A stretch of 64,000 nucleotides of DNA from Hydrolagus colliei (taxonomy: Eukaryota). The notes under the pieces are model-generated. The model made no database searches. It was not told where the DNA came from and saw nothing but the letters and a program-made list of their open reading frames with translations. The stretch's first letter is position 1. Each line of letters begins with the position of its first letter. Below are positions 48,221 to 61,680 of this stretch, one piece after another. The position numbers and the translations under genes are program-made. Location of the stretch: NCBI GenBank assembly GCA_035084275.1, contig CM068769.1, positions 2,046,001 through 2,110,000 of the forward strand. The letters are read 5' to 3'.

Positions 48221-50196
48221 GTATATATGTAATGTTATTGTTTTTGTTCTACCGCTGATTGGCAGCTAGTGAATCTGGGAAAGGAATGGAAAGTAGATTT
48301 CCAATATGCCCACAAACAAATTGATATACGTCACAGACAGTTGAACTCAACTCACAAGTGAGCCGACTTGGGTTTGATTCGCAGGCAGGCCGATACTTTG
48401 GGCAAATGTTCTTAATCTACACACGCAACCACATGTCGCTAACAATGAGTCGGAACGTGTAACTTTGTCCATTTTTGGTTCGCGTTGCTGCTGTTTTCAA
48501 CCCTTCAAATGTAAATGATAATAATGATTTGTTCCTTCCTTCCCCGGCTGTTTTGGGGGAAATGTTCTGGGCAACTCACTGCCGCGTTTCACAAACGAAA
48601 CATAGAATCATTTGTTTATACAGTAGATCGTCTGTGGTACTTTTATGGGAAACGTGATAAAATAATATATCAACTAAACACAAAACATTTTATAACTCGC
48701 GCAACAATATATTCCGTGAAGTATTTTGAGACGACTAGAAGGTTTCCAAAGGGACTACATCATATAGGTGGATTACTATTGTCGTTGTGAATGCATTCAA
48801 TTGTTTTATTGATGAATGTTTGAACTGTGCAACCCAGCCGAAAACAGTAAACATTTACTATGTACCTTCAAGTCTTTACTATATTTCTCAAAGAGAAAGA
48901 TGCTACCGCAAAGGCAGTTATTGTTACTGGTATTATTATTATTATTATTATTATTATCACTCTCGTTCGTTCTTTTGTTGGCAACGTATGCAACAAATAA
49001 GCATTGATCTATGTGTTCTAAAATGAGATAACGTAGGCCAGGATTAAAAGTATTCCCGAATTAAACCAATAAAAAAAACTGATCGCTGATATCGAAAACC
49101 AACATCTTAATCAAACTAATAAGATCCAAGGAAGGTTGGAATTTTTTTGGGAGAAGTACAACAATATAGAATAAATATGGATACAGTGTTCATTAGTCAA
49201 CCGAAGCATTGCGTGAATCAGGCTTTATACAAACCTTTGCATATTTCAGCTGAGCCAGCGATAGTGTATAGCAGGGAAACAGTGTCAACTGTAACAGGAA
49301 GCACCTGCTGTGGCTGCCAAGTCAGTTGTTGCAGAAAGCAACATGGGAAGTTATGTCAGTAGCTGCTGATGTTACATCGCCATCTGTTGGTTGATTACAG
49401 CTAAAGCACGTGTACTGCAGAGACAAATGCTTGCAAGTTGTTTTCGTCCCACCCTATATTTTCTGTTCCTATCCTTTCCTTTGGATATTGATACCTCATT
49501 CTTATCTCACTGCTCGTTTCTCATATTGCCTGTGCTTCAAAGGGAAATTCGACTCCAACCTCATTGCGACGTGCTATACTTGACACCCCCAATTTAATTT
49601 GATTCCTGATACTTATCTTGTACTTGGTAATGTTACATTTAGTAAAGTTGACATTAAGAATTTACATTACAGAACCATAAGATTTACATAGGTATACATT
49701 TATATTACTTTAATACAGCGCTAATCACAGTGATGTCTCAAGGTGCTGCATTGCCTTGAAGAGAAGTGACAAATAATCTGGATTATTGTTACCTATCTTC
49801 TCACTCTATGGACCAACATTTATGGTGGTTGAATGTGTGGTCTGCTTCGAGGCGTTGATTTCGTTTGCTCCAACTGCACACCCAGAAATGGGTTCAGCTG
49901 TAGTTTCGATCGGATAAGTCGACTGTTCTAACTACTGAGCTACAGTAGCTTAATGTAATCGCATACGAAGCGGGGTCACACTTAAAGCAAAGTAATCAGA
50001 GATATGTGGAGTAAGGCAACTTGTCTAACTATAAACATTTGTAATTACATAGCGCCTTCTACGCAGCTTAGAGAGTTTCTCCTTCAATAGGAGTCGAACC
50101 CAGATTCTACCGCTGTCGAGTTGAGTGCTCTAACCAAAAAGGCACATAACGCCACAAGGATTTTTGTACGGGTGTCTCGAGGAGGCCTTCGCTGTG

Positions 50197-50491
50197 GGCC
50201 TCAGTGCACAAACATAGGCAGCGCTGTCGCTGAACTGGAGGATGTCGATCTTGAACTGGAAATGTTTCATAGAGGAATCCATCGGGGCAGAGAAGCGTTC
50301 CTGACTGATATCCTTCCCGTAGGAATGCCGTTGGATGAGGAAAGCGGGCCCTTCACTGCGGCGCTAGCTGTACAGAAGCACGTAGACGCTGTCAGCAGTC
50401 GTGGAGACATTACAGTTGATAGTCAGTGAGGCGCCTTCGAAACGCCAGGCTGCTTTCGGGCTCTGCCTCACCGAATCTCCATCACTGATTC
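50197..50491 (-). pseudogene. TCR alpha/delta V pseudogene (not in the ORF track)
   Basis: Reads ISDGDSVRQSPKAAWRFEGASLTINCNVSTTADSVYVLLYS*RRSEG...DSAAYVCALR, with TAG at 50364-50366. RSS is CACAGCG-22-ACAAAAATC (50159-50196). Confidence 0.85.
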
Positions 50492-50589
50492 CTATAGGAA
50501 ACAACTGCATTAGTCAGCGTTGAAACCATTAATACTTAGTTAGAAAACAACGCTATTGCATGCGGCGTTCATGCGTTTTACAGGAAATG

Positions 50590-50910
50590 GAGCTCCCGTG
50601 GCACAGTGGTTAGAGCACAAGCCTTACAAGCGGGAGACCTGTGTTGAAATTCAGGCAGATCAGGGCGAAATCCTGGCAAGTTTCCTTACTAAACACACGC
50701 GCCTAATAAAAATTCCTTTAAAATTAGATACAAATATAAATTGGTCATTTTCAATAAACGACTGATTGTGGGGACGCTGCTGTGCGCAAATGGCCGCCGC
50801 GTTTCGCCCACAAACGTACAGTGAGTTTACTTTTCAGTACGTCCTGTGAAGCGCTTAGAGACGCCGATAAGTTGTGAAAAGCTCACTATCAAATCAAAGG
50901 GTTATTACTA
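50590..50910 (+). mobile_element. tRNA-derived SINE
   Basis: ggcacagtggttagagcacaagccttacaagcgggagacc head with the family body and tail. Further copies at about 15040-15260(-), 21740-21975(-), 22240-22620(-), 24480-24760(-), 58430-58750(+) and 60690-60990(+). Confidence 0.75.
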
Positions 50911-52083
50911 TTTACAATGAAACGCTTTGAGACGCTTTCAGAATGTCTCCACCCACGGGAATACTTTGTGCCGCGAGGTAACACAAGAGGCCACAAGTCT
51001 GTAAGAATTTGTCCGTCAGTGGAAAATTAAATTGCATCGTCCTACAAATGGAGAAATTATAATACTAATTCTTGATTTTGATAAAGCGATTTTCACGACT
51101 TCTAGACGTCATAAAGCGATTCACAGTATTTACTGTGAAGTGCGTTTACTGCATATTTGTGAGTGAAGCTGGACAGCCAATTGTGCATAGCAATGTTAAA
51201 GTAAACAGGGTTAAAGGAGACTTTGTGTAGAGATGACCCGTGGTACTAGCATTGACTGGATGGGCTGTCGGTAATGATATCTAGATTAACTAACCATATA
51301 GTGACATTACGGTGGCTGCGGAGAGCAAATATCCCACCTTCATTACGTCCAGAAACCACAATCAGCGTTTATTTCTCTGCTGGGTTTGACACCGTGTGAC
51401 ACTGGGGCCACTGATGTAGCTGAGAATCCTTTGTGATGTTGTCTCTTATCTTTGCGTCACTATCTCGTCCCTCTAGCTGCTGTGGGCATGTGGGATTACT
51501 CCTATCAGATTCAGCCTTAAACGTGGTCATTTGAATCTGAGTAACCACACTCACAACATACAAAGTCAATTCACTTTACAGTATAGTCTTTGAGACATAT
51601 TAATTGTCAGGCGATTGATCAGATGGAATTTTCATCATAATAACGACTTATTTCCGCATCAAACGCTCTCATCTTCAGTCTTCATTGAAAATAATCTATT
51701 TTATATTGATTGTAACACAAATATATCCGACCCAACTTTATATCTGAACAAAACACGTAAAGTTGCATAACTACAATCAGCATTGACTACCAACGTCTGT
51801 GTTTCTTTGAATTCAGTTAGTAATTCATTATTATTAATAAAGTTATTTTGAAGGAATTATATCTACTGTAGATGGTTTCATTCACCAGCTACTAAGAAGC
51901 GGGAAGCTACTGATTGCTGTCTAATTAGTGGTATACATAGATTAAAAAAACGTGTCCAACGTTTCGAGCTACATGTTGTCTAACCCGAAGCGATTGCTTG
52001 CGAGGCGACTGCTCCAACTTTTGAGCTAGAAGACACTGCATAATAGTTTTTGTAGGGCGGAAACGCTGAACTGTGTCTCTGTG

Positions 52084-52393
52084 GGGCTCAGTGCACAGTA
52101 ATACACCGCCGAGTCTGTGACTCTCACTTGGGATATATTTAATGGGACGGTTCTCGCCACTTTATCCACCGTCGTTGAGAAGCGTTCTTCTATAAAGTCT
52201 GCATATCTCGGCTTGCTCCTGGTTGATGTGCTGAGGATATATTCTGGGGGTTTGTTAGGATAGTGACAATACCAGAAGAGATAGTCTGTGTCTGCGTTTG
52301 TAGCTGTGTAATTACACTGAAGATAAATAGCCATCCCCTCATTCAATGTTACAGCAGATGGCACCTGTGTCACTGTTTCGCCTCCACCATGTT
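52084..52393 (-). CDS. TRAV/TRDV: TCR alpha/delta V segment, apparently functional (family 'E', copy 2)
   Basis: Reads HGGGETVTQVPSAVTLNEGMAIYLQCNYT...FWYCHY...YYCALSP. RSS is CACAGAG-23-ACAAAAACT (52045-52083). Leader MTMYIYVAVAIIAFS at 52911-52956. Confidence 0.9.
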
Positions 52394-53598
52394 CTGTGAA
52401 ATTGACACAAATTAAAGTTCAATAAAATAGCAATACTAATGTTGTATTTGATACATCGCCATGCAAATTCATTGAGACATCTGGAAGCTCTTAACAGAAT
52501 ATACGTTGCCTTTATTTTGGGCGTGAGCTTGGCAGATAGCTGAGCATATCATCGTAGCACAAACAGTCATGGAATAAGTGACCATATTATTATTCATAAC
52601 TGTTTTTATGAAGGTGACAAGACGTTATTAAAGTGGTCTTCCAGTAGAATAAAATACATCGATTACCTACTCACTGCTCGGTAAGCGGTTATGTATACGT
52701 GTGTGAAACAATCACAGTTGCAGTGTCGCCCTTTCCCAACGCGAAAGTAACACAGATCCTCCCGCATCCTGGACGAGTGTTCCAACCACTGGCTACAGGA
52801 CACCATGCATCCACAAATTCTTATTGTTTTGCTTATTCAATGCTATAAAACTTTGGCTTTGGGGAACATGTAAAGGAATTGCATCCATATGGGGTAGGGA
52901 TTCGGCTTACCTGAGAAGGCAATGATGGCGACTGCCACATATATGTACATTGTCATCTGTGCTAATGGCTCCCAGTGTTGACGGAGCGCTGATGGTTTAG
53001 TTGGGGAATGTTGGCTGGGAATCAGTAAGATACCGTGAGGAGGGCTGAAAAGGAAATGACATAAACACGTTGCCATACACTGTGAGGGAGCAGGTTTGAG
53101 GTTTCTCTACAACATTTGTGTCACTGTCACTGAGCGTCATCTTATCTGCTCTGCCATCTCGCTCCTCCATTGGTTCTCTTCAACACTTACATGACTTTTA
53201 TCAACTGGATGACAGTCACCTGCAGCTAGCTGAATCGATAGATACATTACATGTCGTCCCAACACATACATGAGTTCCACATATCTGTACCTTCTGTGGA
53301 CTCATGTAGTTTAATGGTATCAACACTCGCCTTACAAGCATTTTGCCTGCGTTTGATGCCTGCCAGGGCGACATGTTGGTCAAGTTTACTCACTCCACAC
53401 ACTTACCTCGGTTTACTGAGAGTAAGTAGGAATACGGTTGTTAATCGATTGAAGAGTAACGTTTCAGAGAAACAATCACTCCTAACATAGGAAACTCAAC
53501 ACATGTCTGTTTATAGGACAATGCTATGCATAAGTGAATGCCTCGTTTCTCCTGCAAAATGAAAATTAAGTCAATTTTACATTGTACAGTGTGAAGTG

Positions 53599-53600
<2 letters not shown>

Positions 53601-53639
<39 letters not shown>

Positions 53640-53765
53640 CTTATATGCATCTATATATATAACTACATATATATATACATATGTAACAATAGTATATATA
53701 TATATAATCTGCATATATATATACATATATATATAACTATATACATGTATATAATCTGCATATAT
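53601..53765. repeat. (TA)n-rich microsatellite
   Basis: Interrupted tatata runs. Confidence 0.95.
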
Positions 53766-53849
53766 ATTCCAGAATAGGTCGGAGGAGGTGCTCAGAGGAA
53801 TTCCCACAGCGTGTGTGTATAGGGTTAGATAATTCCTTTATGTGTGTTG

Positions 53850-54062
53850 ATCCCGGTCCTCACATCAAAAGCACTCAATCATTTCGCACCACCCTACATT
53901 CTTGACTTCCTATCCCTCCTATCTCCTTACCAACATTCGCGCCCTCTTAGTTCGGCTGGCTCTGACCTGCTCAACGTCCCCCGACCCACACGCCCATCCA
54001 TTGGCGGGCGAGCCTTCAACCACTCTGCCCCGAACCTCTGGAACTCCATCCCGACTTCATTC
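53850..54062 (+). mobile_element. L2-type LINE fragment
   Basis: Reads KALNHFAPPYILDFL...RPSIGGRAFNHSAPNLWNSIP. Confidence 0.8.
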
Positions 54063-54220
54063 CGCCACAGTTTCTACTGAGAAGTGAATTGACTGTATGC
54101 GCTACTGTATAAATGTGGCAACCCACTTCCTTTACGTGGCAACCCTCGTGCTCCACCCATTGAGCTGCGGTAACCACAGTATGTTTTTGTACAGGTCCTT
54201 CGTAAACACACAGCACTGTG

Positions 54221-54494
54221 CACAGTGCACAGAAGTAAGTGGCGGAGTCAGACACTCGCAAGTCTCGGATCGATAGTGTGCTGTTTTTTCCAACAGTCAA
54301 AGCATTTATCCTCTGCTTCTCCTTCATCTCTCTCGATCCCAACACCAAGTAACTGATGGAGCCGTTTCCATGCTTTTTGTACCAGTGAAAGCTTTGGACA
54401 GTCACAGTGGTGCTGCACTCCATAGATAAATTTCCATTTTCATTCCCTGTCAGAGCCTGAGGTCTCTGTGACACTTCGCTTTCAGCCGAGACAT
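54221..54494 (-). CDS. TRAV/TRDV: TCR alpha/delta V segment, apparently functional (family 'F', copy 2)
   Basis: Reads VSAESEVSQRPQALTGNENGNLSMEC...WYKK...YFCAL. RSS is CACAGTG-23-ACAAAAACA (54182-54220). 58-nt leader MKEDFNAPYIIFHLITTIL at 54610-54667. Confidence 0.9.
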
Positions 54495-56059
54495 CTGGGG
54501 GAATAGAAATGAACATTCATGAATAGTAAACCATAAAATATCAGCAATAAATGTGAAGTATGTATCTGGAAAAACAGGATGTGTGTGTCCAATCTGATAC
54601 TCTACTTACACAAGATTGTTGTAATTAAATGAAAAATTATATATGGTGCATTGAAATCCTCCTTCATTCTCAAGTCTCTTAATTCACGTCAAGTTGTCCG
54701 ACAGAAATGCAGCTGGAAATCAGCCTAAAACTGATCAGTATATACGAATGTTTGTGGAACGCAGTGAACAATGTACGTGATAACTATATTCCCGGTGACG
54801 CCTTCAAGCACGTCTCACTTCCTGCATGTTTGCTTCTGCAGAATTCATTCGCCAATTGGCCAGATAAAGGATTGCACTTGTTGCTTGTTGGTGGAGGTTT
54901 GCTTGTGTGTGGGGTGATCATACATGCCTTATGAATCTTCCACCCGGATTGATTCCCAGGCAAAGCAATACGTTGGGCAAACATCCTCATTTCACGCACA
55001 CACAGACACACAACATACACACACACCTCGGTTTAGCTAAGAATAAGGAGGAAACAACAGCTTAGTCTATTCGTGGTTCACTTTATTGGGGGTAATATTC
55101 CCCATCTCCAAAATGTTGTACATCAAAGGCAAACAGCACTACAATTATTATTATTGATATTATCATTATTACCAATTTTATTCTTATTATTATTAATATT
55201 GCTGTCCAGTCATCTATGTAATTAATTGTACACCAAGAATCATGTAAACAATATAATTATTCTGTACCTAAATTAAATTAAATGTTGTCCGTTTTTCTGT
55301 GTTCTCAATCTATACTAAAACGAACTACCTTACGTTAGTTAACAAAACCTAATACAAATTTTAACATAGTGAACTCCACTGGAGGGTAAATGCTTATTTT
55401 TCAGACAGACTACAACATGAATATATGACAAATTATTGAATGGTCAAACTAAGCCTTGCGATTGTCATGGTTACGGTTTAGACAAACTTTTGAACATTTC
55501 AGCAGAAGAAGCAATAATACATAGTATGTAACCAATGTGGACTGTAACAGGAAGCACCTGTTATATCTGGCAAGGTAGATCGACACAGAATGGAACATGT
55601 CAAGCTATGTCAATTGCAGATGGTGTTTTATGTGTGTTTTGTCTGCTATCTGCTGTTGCACTGTAGGTAATGCACTTGCATAATTTGACAGCACGGATTT
55701 CTTAGAGGGCCCTTCATAACGTTCCTAGTCCCATTGCCTACAATGGAAATTGATACTTTGGTCCCATTTACTTGCTTTTTCCTCGTATGCTTTAATGGAT
55801 TACTCAATTCATTCTCAGTCACAGACTCTTATTGTGACATATCCCTGATCATTGTTTCTGAACGTTATATCTATTCCATGCTCTGATGCTGTAAACGTTG
55901 AACATCTTTTGCTTCACCTTGAGCTGCCTTTCACCGTTTACATGACAGCAGCACAATAGTTACATGTGTGTGGCACCATTCATTTGGGGTTGATGTCACA
56001 ATGCACTGTATTGATCAATACATCAACGATAGAATCACATTTGGGACGTCCTCCCGACG

Positions 56060-56530
56060 TGACAGGCGCCGTGTAAGAACAATTTTGTTGCTGTTGTTCA
56101 CGTCGGATGGCCGTTCGAAACCGATGAGCAGTCAGCTCGGGAACTGAGCAATGGAGAGGGCAGTCTTGTTGGGATGGGCTTGAGAGAGGAAAGACTGGAG
56201 GGCGGGAGATAGGAACGAAGGGGGAGAGTCGGGAAGACAGAAGGCACGGTCGAAGAGGTGGGAATTGAGACTGGCCTTCAAGGAGGCGAGGGAGCTGGCC
56301 AGGCCTAGGGACTGTGAGATGGAGTTCCAGAGTGTCCACTGATGACACGGTGACTAGGGCGGGGGACATCGAGCAAATCGGAGACGGCTGAAAGGAGGGG
56401 GCGTGGGGGTGCATAGGACGACAGCAGGTAGGAGAGTGGGGTGGTAGGGGTGGCGATAGGGTGGTTATTTGGCGTGGCAAGGCCGTAAATGGCCTTGAGG
56501 TTGTGGAGGAGGACTTTGAATTTGAAAACT
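56060..56530 (-). mobile_element. L2-type LINE 3' fragment
   Basis: Reverse complement gives FKVLLHNLKAIYGLATP..., then a 3'UTR ending gggacgtcctcccgacgtg...gcgcc and an (ACA)n tail. Confidence 0.65.
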
Positions 56531-57099
56531 GGATGAGAAATGAAAAATAATCAGCGTTTTTATTTTTGTTGCTTCAACAATAAACTTTGTCTTCAATTCT
56601 GGTTGCCTCATGGACCAACACAATCACGTCTTCAGTGTCTGCTCTATTTCGAACCATTGAATGAACCTGTTGTACCTGCACATCCAGACTTGGTGTCGCA
56701 TCGAATCTAAAGATGTCGAGCAGAGCGTTCTGAATGCTGTGTGTTGACTGCCATGTGCATCGAACAGCCTAAAGAAACAAGACATTTGAAGTTATGTCAA
56801 TGACAATAACATGATTATATTGAAAAGTCGTATTAATGCTTTCGTTTGACTCAGCGACATATCATATGTTTTGAAGCAATTATTACCAATGGAAATGGAA
56901 CGTGCCAATCAACTGACAAACGCGTTTGAACTTACTGCTGGGTAAACAGGATGTTGTTTAAGAAAACTTCACCAAATATTCATTCTGCATGGAATTCAAA
57001 CCATGTTCCTCATTAGCGATATGAGTGATATAAACACTGAGCTACAGGACTACACTTGGCAATTTTTGTAGGGCGGAAGCACTGATCTGTGTCTCTGTG

Positions 57100-57406
57100 G
57101 GGCTCAGTGCACAGTAATACACCGTCGAGTCTGTAACTCTCACTTGGGTTCTATTTAACGGGACAGTTCTTCCCATTTTGTCAACTATCGTTGAGAATCG
57201 TTTGTTGGTAAACTCGGCATATTGTGGTGTATTGCTTGTGGACGTCCAAAGCATCTATTGTGGAGCTTTGTTGGTATATTGGCGGAACCAGAACAGATCG
57301 GGAGTGCTAATTATTGTTGTATAATTACACCTCAGATACGCATCCTCCCCTTCTTTAACAGTCACGGTAGATTGGAGCTGTGTCACAGAGTCTCCTCCAC
57401 AATGTC
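57100..57406 (-). pseudogene. TCR alpha/delta V pseudogene (family 'E', copy 3; one stop)
   Basis: Reads HCGGDSVTQLQSTVTVKEGEDAYLRCNYT...FWFRQYTNKAPQ*MLW...YYCALSP, with TAG at 57255-57257. RSS is CACAGAG-23-ACAAAAATT (57061-57099). Leader at 57901-57940. Confidence 0.9.
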
Positions 57407-59333
57407 CTGGAAATCAGACATATAACGTATAGCAGAATAACACCAATAACAATAGTAGTGAATGCATATGACAAAGCTACATCTTGCGTCGTCGCGATGA
57501 CTAAAGGTCTACTATACTGAATAAAGGATAAAGCGTAGTGTATGTTTACTTGCGGTCGAAACATATTTGAAAAGTTTGGACAAGAGTGTTCCACAAACAG
57601 TCGTGGATTGAGTAACTGTGTTATCATTAGCAGTATCACATACTAACAGACAATTAACCCCCAATAAAGCAATCGGACAATGGACCGTATTCTAAATTAC
57701 TTCTCAGTAATCACAGCAATGAGTGATGAGTGACTACACTTGCCTAATAGTGCGCCCTGTGACGGCCGTGAATGGATCGCAGTTACTCACGATTGTGACA
57801 ACTCTATAAGACTTGTTTCGTTCTTCATTATTTTCTGCAATAAACACAGAGCTGGATAATAAGTGCAGATGGCTGACTAACCAATGAGTCTATGGCTTAC
57901 CTGACAAGGCAATGATGGCTGCTGCCACATATATATACATTGCCTTCTAAACGTAAAGGGCGCTGATGGTTTAGTTGGAGAATATAGGCCGGGAAGCGGA
58001 AATATACCGTGAGGTGAGCTGAACACTAAATGACATAGAGGGAGCAGGCCTGAGGTTTATGTATTAACCTTGTGTCTCTGTCAAGGTGCGTCGCAATTTT
58101 TGCTCTGCCATCTCGCTCCTCCATTGGTTCTCTGCCATCACTGTCATGTCTCTGATCCACCGGGTGTCTGACACCTGCAGAAAGTTACACCATTATCTCT
58201 ATTACAGTTCGTCCATAACACATTCAGGATTTCCACATGTGTGTTTACCATCTGCGGAGCTTCGGCCTACAATGGAGGTGTCTGGGTTTGAATCCAGGCA
58301 GAGTGACATGTTGGAAAAGTTAACAAACTACAAACATCCTCCGTGGTTTACTAATAATACAGCATATTTACTAATATGGTTACTAATCAACCAGTGAGTA
58401 CGAGAGGCTTTAACTCCGTGCTTTACCTCGGTCGTCAGAGCACTCCACTTTCAAGTGTGTGTTCGAATCCAGGCAGACCAGAGCGAAAGTTTGGACAGGT
58501 TCCCTTGCACCACAAACGCGCATAGTAATGATCCGTGCGAATACAAATACCACGATAATAAAATTGGAGATTTCAATCCAAGAATGTTTGTGGGTCTGGC
58601 AGCAGCGTTTCTCCCAAAAATATACAGTCAGTTCACTTTACAGTCTACTCTCTGAAGCGCTTTAAGACCTCGATAAGATGCGAAAAGCGCTGTATAAATT
58701 GCAAGAATTGTTATTATTATTATTATTATTATTATATTATTAATAATATTATTATTATTATTAATTAATGTTTCCTTTCCAGTGGCATTATTCTCTTGTT
58801 TAGTAATTAACTCAAAACACGTCTGTCTGTGGGAAATTCTGTACGATTGGTTGACAATAGAGTGATAATGTTTCTTGAATGGATTACCATTCTGGAAAAG
58901 GCGACATGCTTCGGCAAACAGACAATAATACTAATAATCTATGCGTTTAAGATAGTGCCTCACCACGTACTCGAAACGGGGAGGAGCGTTTCCCTGGTTG
59001 TACTGTGCTTTGCGTTTACTGTCTATGTTATGGGATAAATGCGGCACTTACATGCGCACAGCAGTGACTCACAAAATATCGTGCATTGAAGTGATCATTT
59101 TAATTAGGAATTATGACACGCGGAAAAGCAATCAATTATTAGATTAATAACCGGATTCCTATTTACTCCTATGTATTCAGAAGCGTGTGGTGTTAGAAAC
59201 AGTGGCCGATCGTTGGGCGTGGTGCGAAGCGAACCAACAGTCTTATCGTTTGTGAAGCGAGTATTTTAATCATTGAGCTACAGCAACCTCAGCATGTTTT
59301 TGTACAGGCTCCTCTCAGATACGCAGTACTGTG

Positions 59334-59616
59334 CTCTCTGCTGCACAGAAGTAAGTGGCGGTATCTGTCACTCGCACGTCTCTGATTGTCAGTGTGCTGT
59401 TCTTCTCTTTTGTATCAGCCAAAGCACTTATCCTCTCATCCGCCTTTACCTCTCTTTTTCCCAACACCAATAACTCTATGGAGCTGTTTTCATACTGTTT
59501 GTACCATTGGAAGGCGCGGACTTCACCATTGGTACTGCACACTACAAATACGTTTCGATTTTCGTTCTGTGTCATGAATAGAGGTCTCTGTGTCACTTCG
59601 CTTTCAGACAAAGCAC
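59334..59616 (-). CDS. TRAV/TRDV: TCR alpha/delta V segment, apparently functional (family 'F', copy 3)
   Basis: Reads ALSESEVTQRPLFMTQNENRNVFVVC...WYKQ...YFCAAES. RSS is CACAGTA-23-ACAAAAACA (59295-59333). Leader MKPNFNPLYIFVNLVTTLL at 59738-59795. Confidence 0.9.
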
Positions 59617-61680
59617 CTGGAAAATAGAAATGAACATTCTAGGATTCTGTTTGGGTAAAATAAGCACATCCATCGACAATTTTAATGATTTCACAGTTAC
59701 ACAAAGCTGTGATTCTCCGAATAAATATGTGACTTACATAACAGTGTTGTCACTAAATTTACAAATATATATAGTGGATTGAAATTCGGCTTCATTCTCT
59801 GCTTCAGATGCAACGAGCGTTCGACAGAACGCTGATCAACCTTGAACAGAACGCTGATTCAAGGTTGTCTGGAGTCTTTAGCTGAGCAGGTGATAATTAT
59901 ATTCTCGGTGACGCCATCACCCACAGCTCACTTCCGACATGTTTGCTTATGGTAAATTCGTTCGTTAGTAGATTATCATCCGTGCTCATGCTTACTGCTA
60001 GTTAAACAGAGCCATGCGTGTGGATACAAATAACGTGCCCATTCCTTCTGCCTACTCGAGAAGGAATACAAGTCCATGTATGCATTTACAAATTCCATTC
60101 CTTGGTAAATGGCACTTGCTCCTATTGGTGGAACCATCCTACTCGTCAGGATATTGGATTGCTGGTTTAAAAGGAGCAGAGTGGAATGACTCCACTTTTC
60201 TACACGTTAACTACAGGATGTCTCCTTGGTTGATTTCAAGCAAGCAGGGCAATAGACTGTAGATCCGATGGCCAAAGGATCGCTGGCTGTAGGGGAATCG
60301 TGAAGTTCTCCCGGTTTTGTGCTTGTCTGCCCTTCAAATCCCTGCTGATGAGCCAGGCTTGGCTGCGTTTCATGAGCAGTGAGAAATCTAGACCTGGAAA
60401 TAATTCTGTCAATGTGTTACCAAGATATACATCAGGTCTGGTCATACAATCTGTTCTCCACTCAAGGAGGCAGGGGACTTACGTAGAACACTGTGAGCAG
60501 CTACACGGTGCATCGCCAACATCTATCCGTAGTAAAGCGGTACTATAGGTATTTATCGTTAGTCTGAACACACAGTGATAGAGTCATACAATGTTTCGGC
60601 ACAAAAGGAGGGTTTTCGGGCCATCGAGTCTGTGCTCGAAAAGAGCAATGCAATCCGAACGCGCAGCTATCTCTCCATCACTCTTTTAGCTGCAACAGTG
60701 AGACCTGCATTCGAATCCAGGCAGATCAATGCGAAACCTTGGCCAAGTTTACTTACTCCACGCAATAAATATTACTGCCTCCAAAAATAACCTCAATAAT
60801 AAAATTGTTGATTTCAACCCACGAATGTTTGAGCGACACTGCTGTGTGCAATTGGCTGCCGCATTTCACCCACACATATGCAGTCAATTCATTTTACAGT
60901 ATATTTTGTGAAGCGCTTTGTGACTCAATAAGATGTGAAAAGCGCTATATATCGAATACAAGCATTATTATTTGTGTTTTATTATTATTATTATTATCAG
61001 ATCCGGGCAAACCTGTCCACACCAAATAAATGTCCACATGACATGACACGATCAGAAAATAGACTAGAGACGGTCGCGGGTGGTTGAGAGCTGGGAAGAA
61101 TTATGACAATGTGTAAGCAAACTACACATCGGCTTTGGACATACTTTCTCTTCTCCGCTCACAGAGAACAAGGGATTTCAATGAGAAGACTGTGCGGAGG
61201 TACACATTGCATCACCGCCATCTGGCGGTAGCAATTCGGGACTGAAGGGTTTTATCGTTAAACAGTACACAAAATAACTGACAGTAAATGATTTTTCTCA
61301 ATAAATGCACAATAGAATCAGGTGAGATGTAGAAAAGGGAGTTTGTTTCTCTGCTTGAAGGCTGTCTAGAATTTGATAGTGTAATACAGACCTGAGGCGT
61401 GAATGAATAACAATAATCATTGCATTTGACATGCATTTTTACACATCCGCTAGATATAGAATCTTACGGCACAAAAGGAGACCATTCGACCCATCGAGTC
61501 CGTGCCGGAAGATTCCATATATCTGATGCGAAGCTCACATAATTTACTCTAAAGAGAATCAGTTGTATATTTGTAAGTGAGACACGTCAGATAATTGCAA
61601 ACAGCAGGGTTCTACAAAGGTTCGTGGAATGGAGAGAGAATTTTGCTTTTTTAAAAAAAAAATTAATACAAGTAGTATTA

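Noticed and set aside
60240-60525. Possible leader (MLAMHRVAAHSVL|gtaagt) and V relic (TQPS...FEGQT...TVYC)
   Set aside because: No Cys23, Trp41 or RSS, and far too short. Cannot be supported as a V segment.
29765-60800. Many tRNA-like sequences (agtggttagagc...gttcgaatc)
   Set aside because: They are diverged from each other, lack a clean acceptor stem, and each continues into a shared body and tail. They are SINE heads, not tRNA genes.
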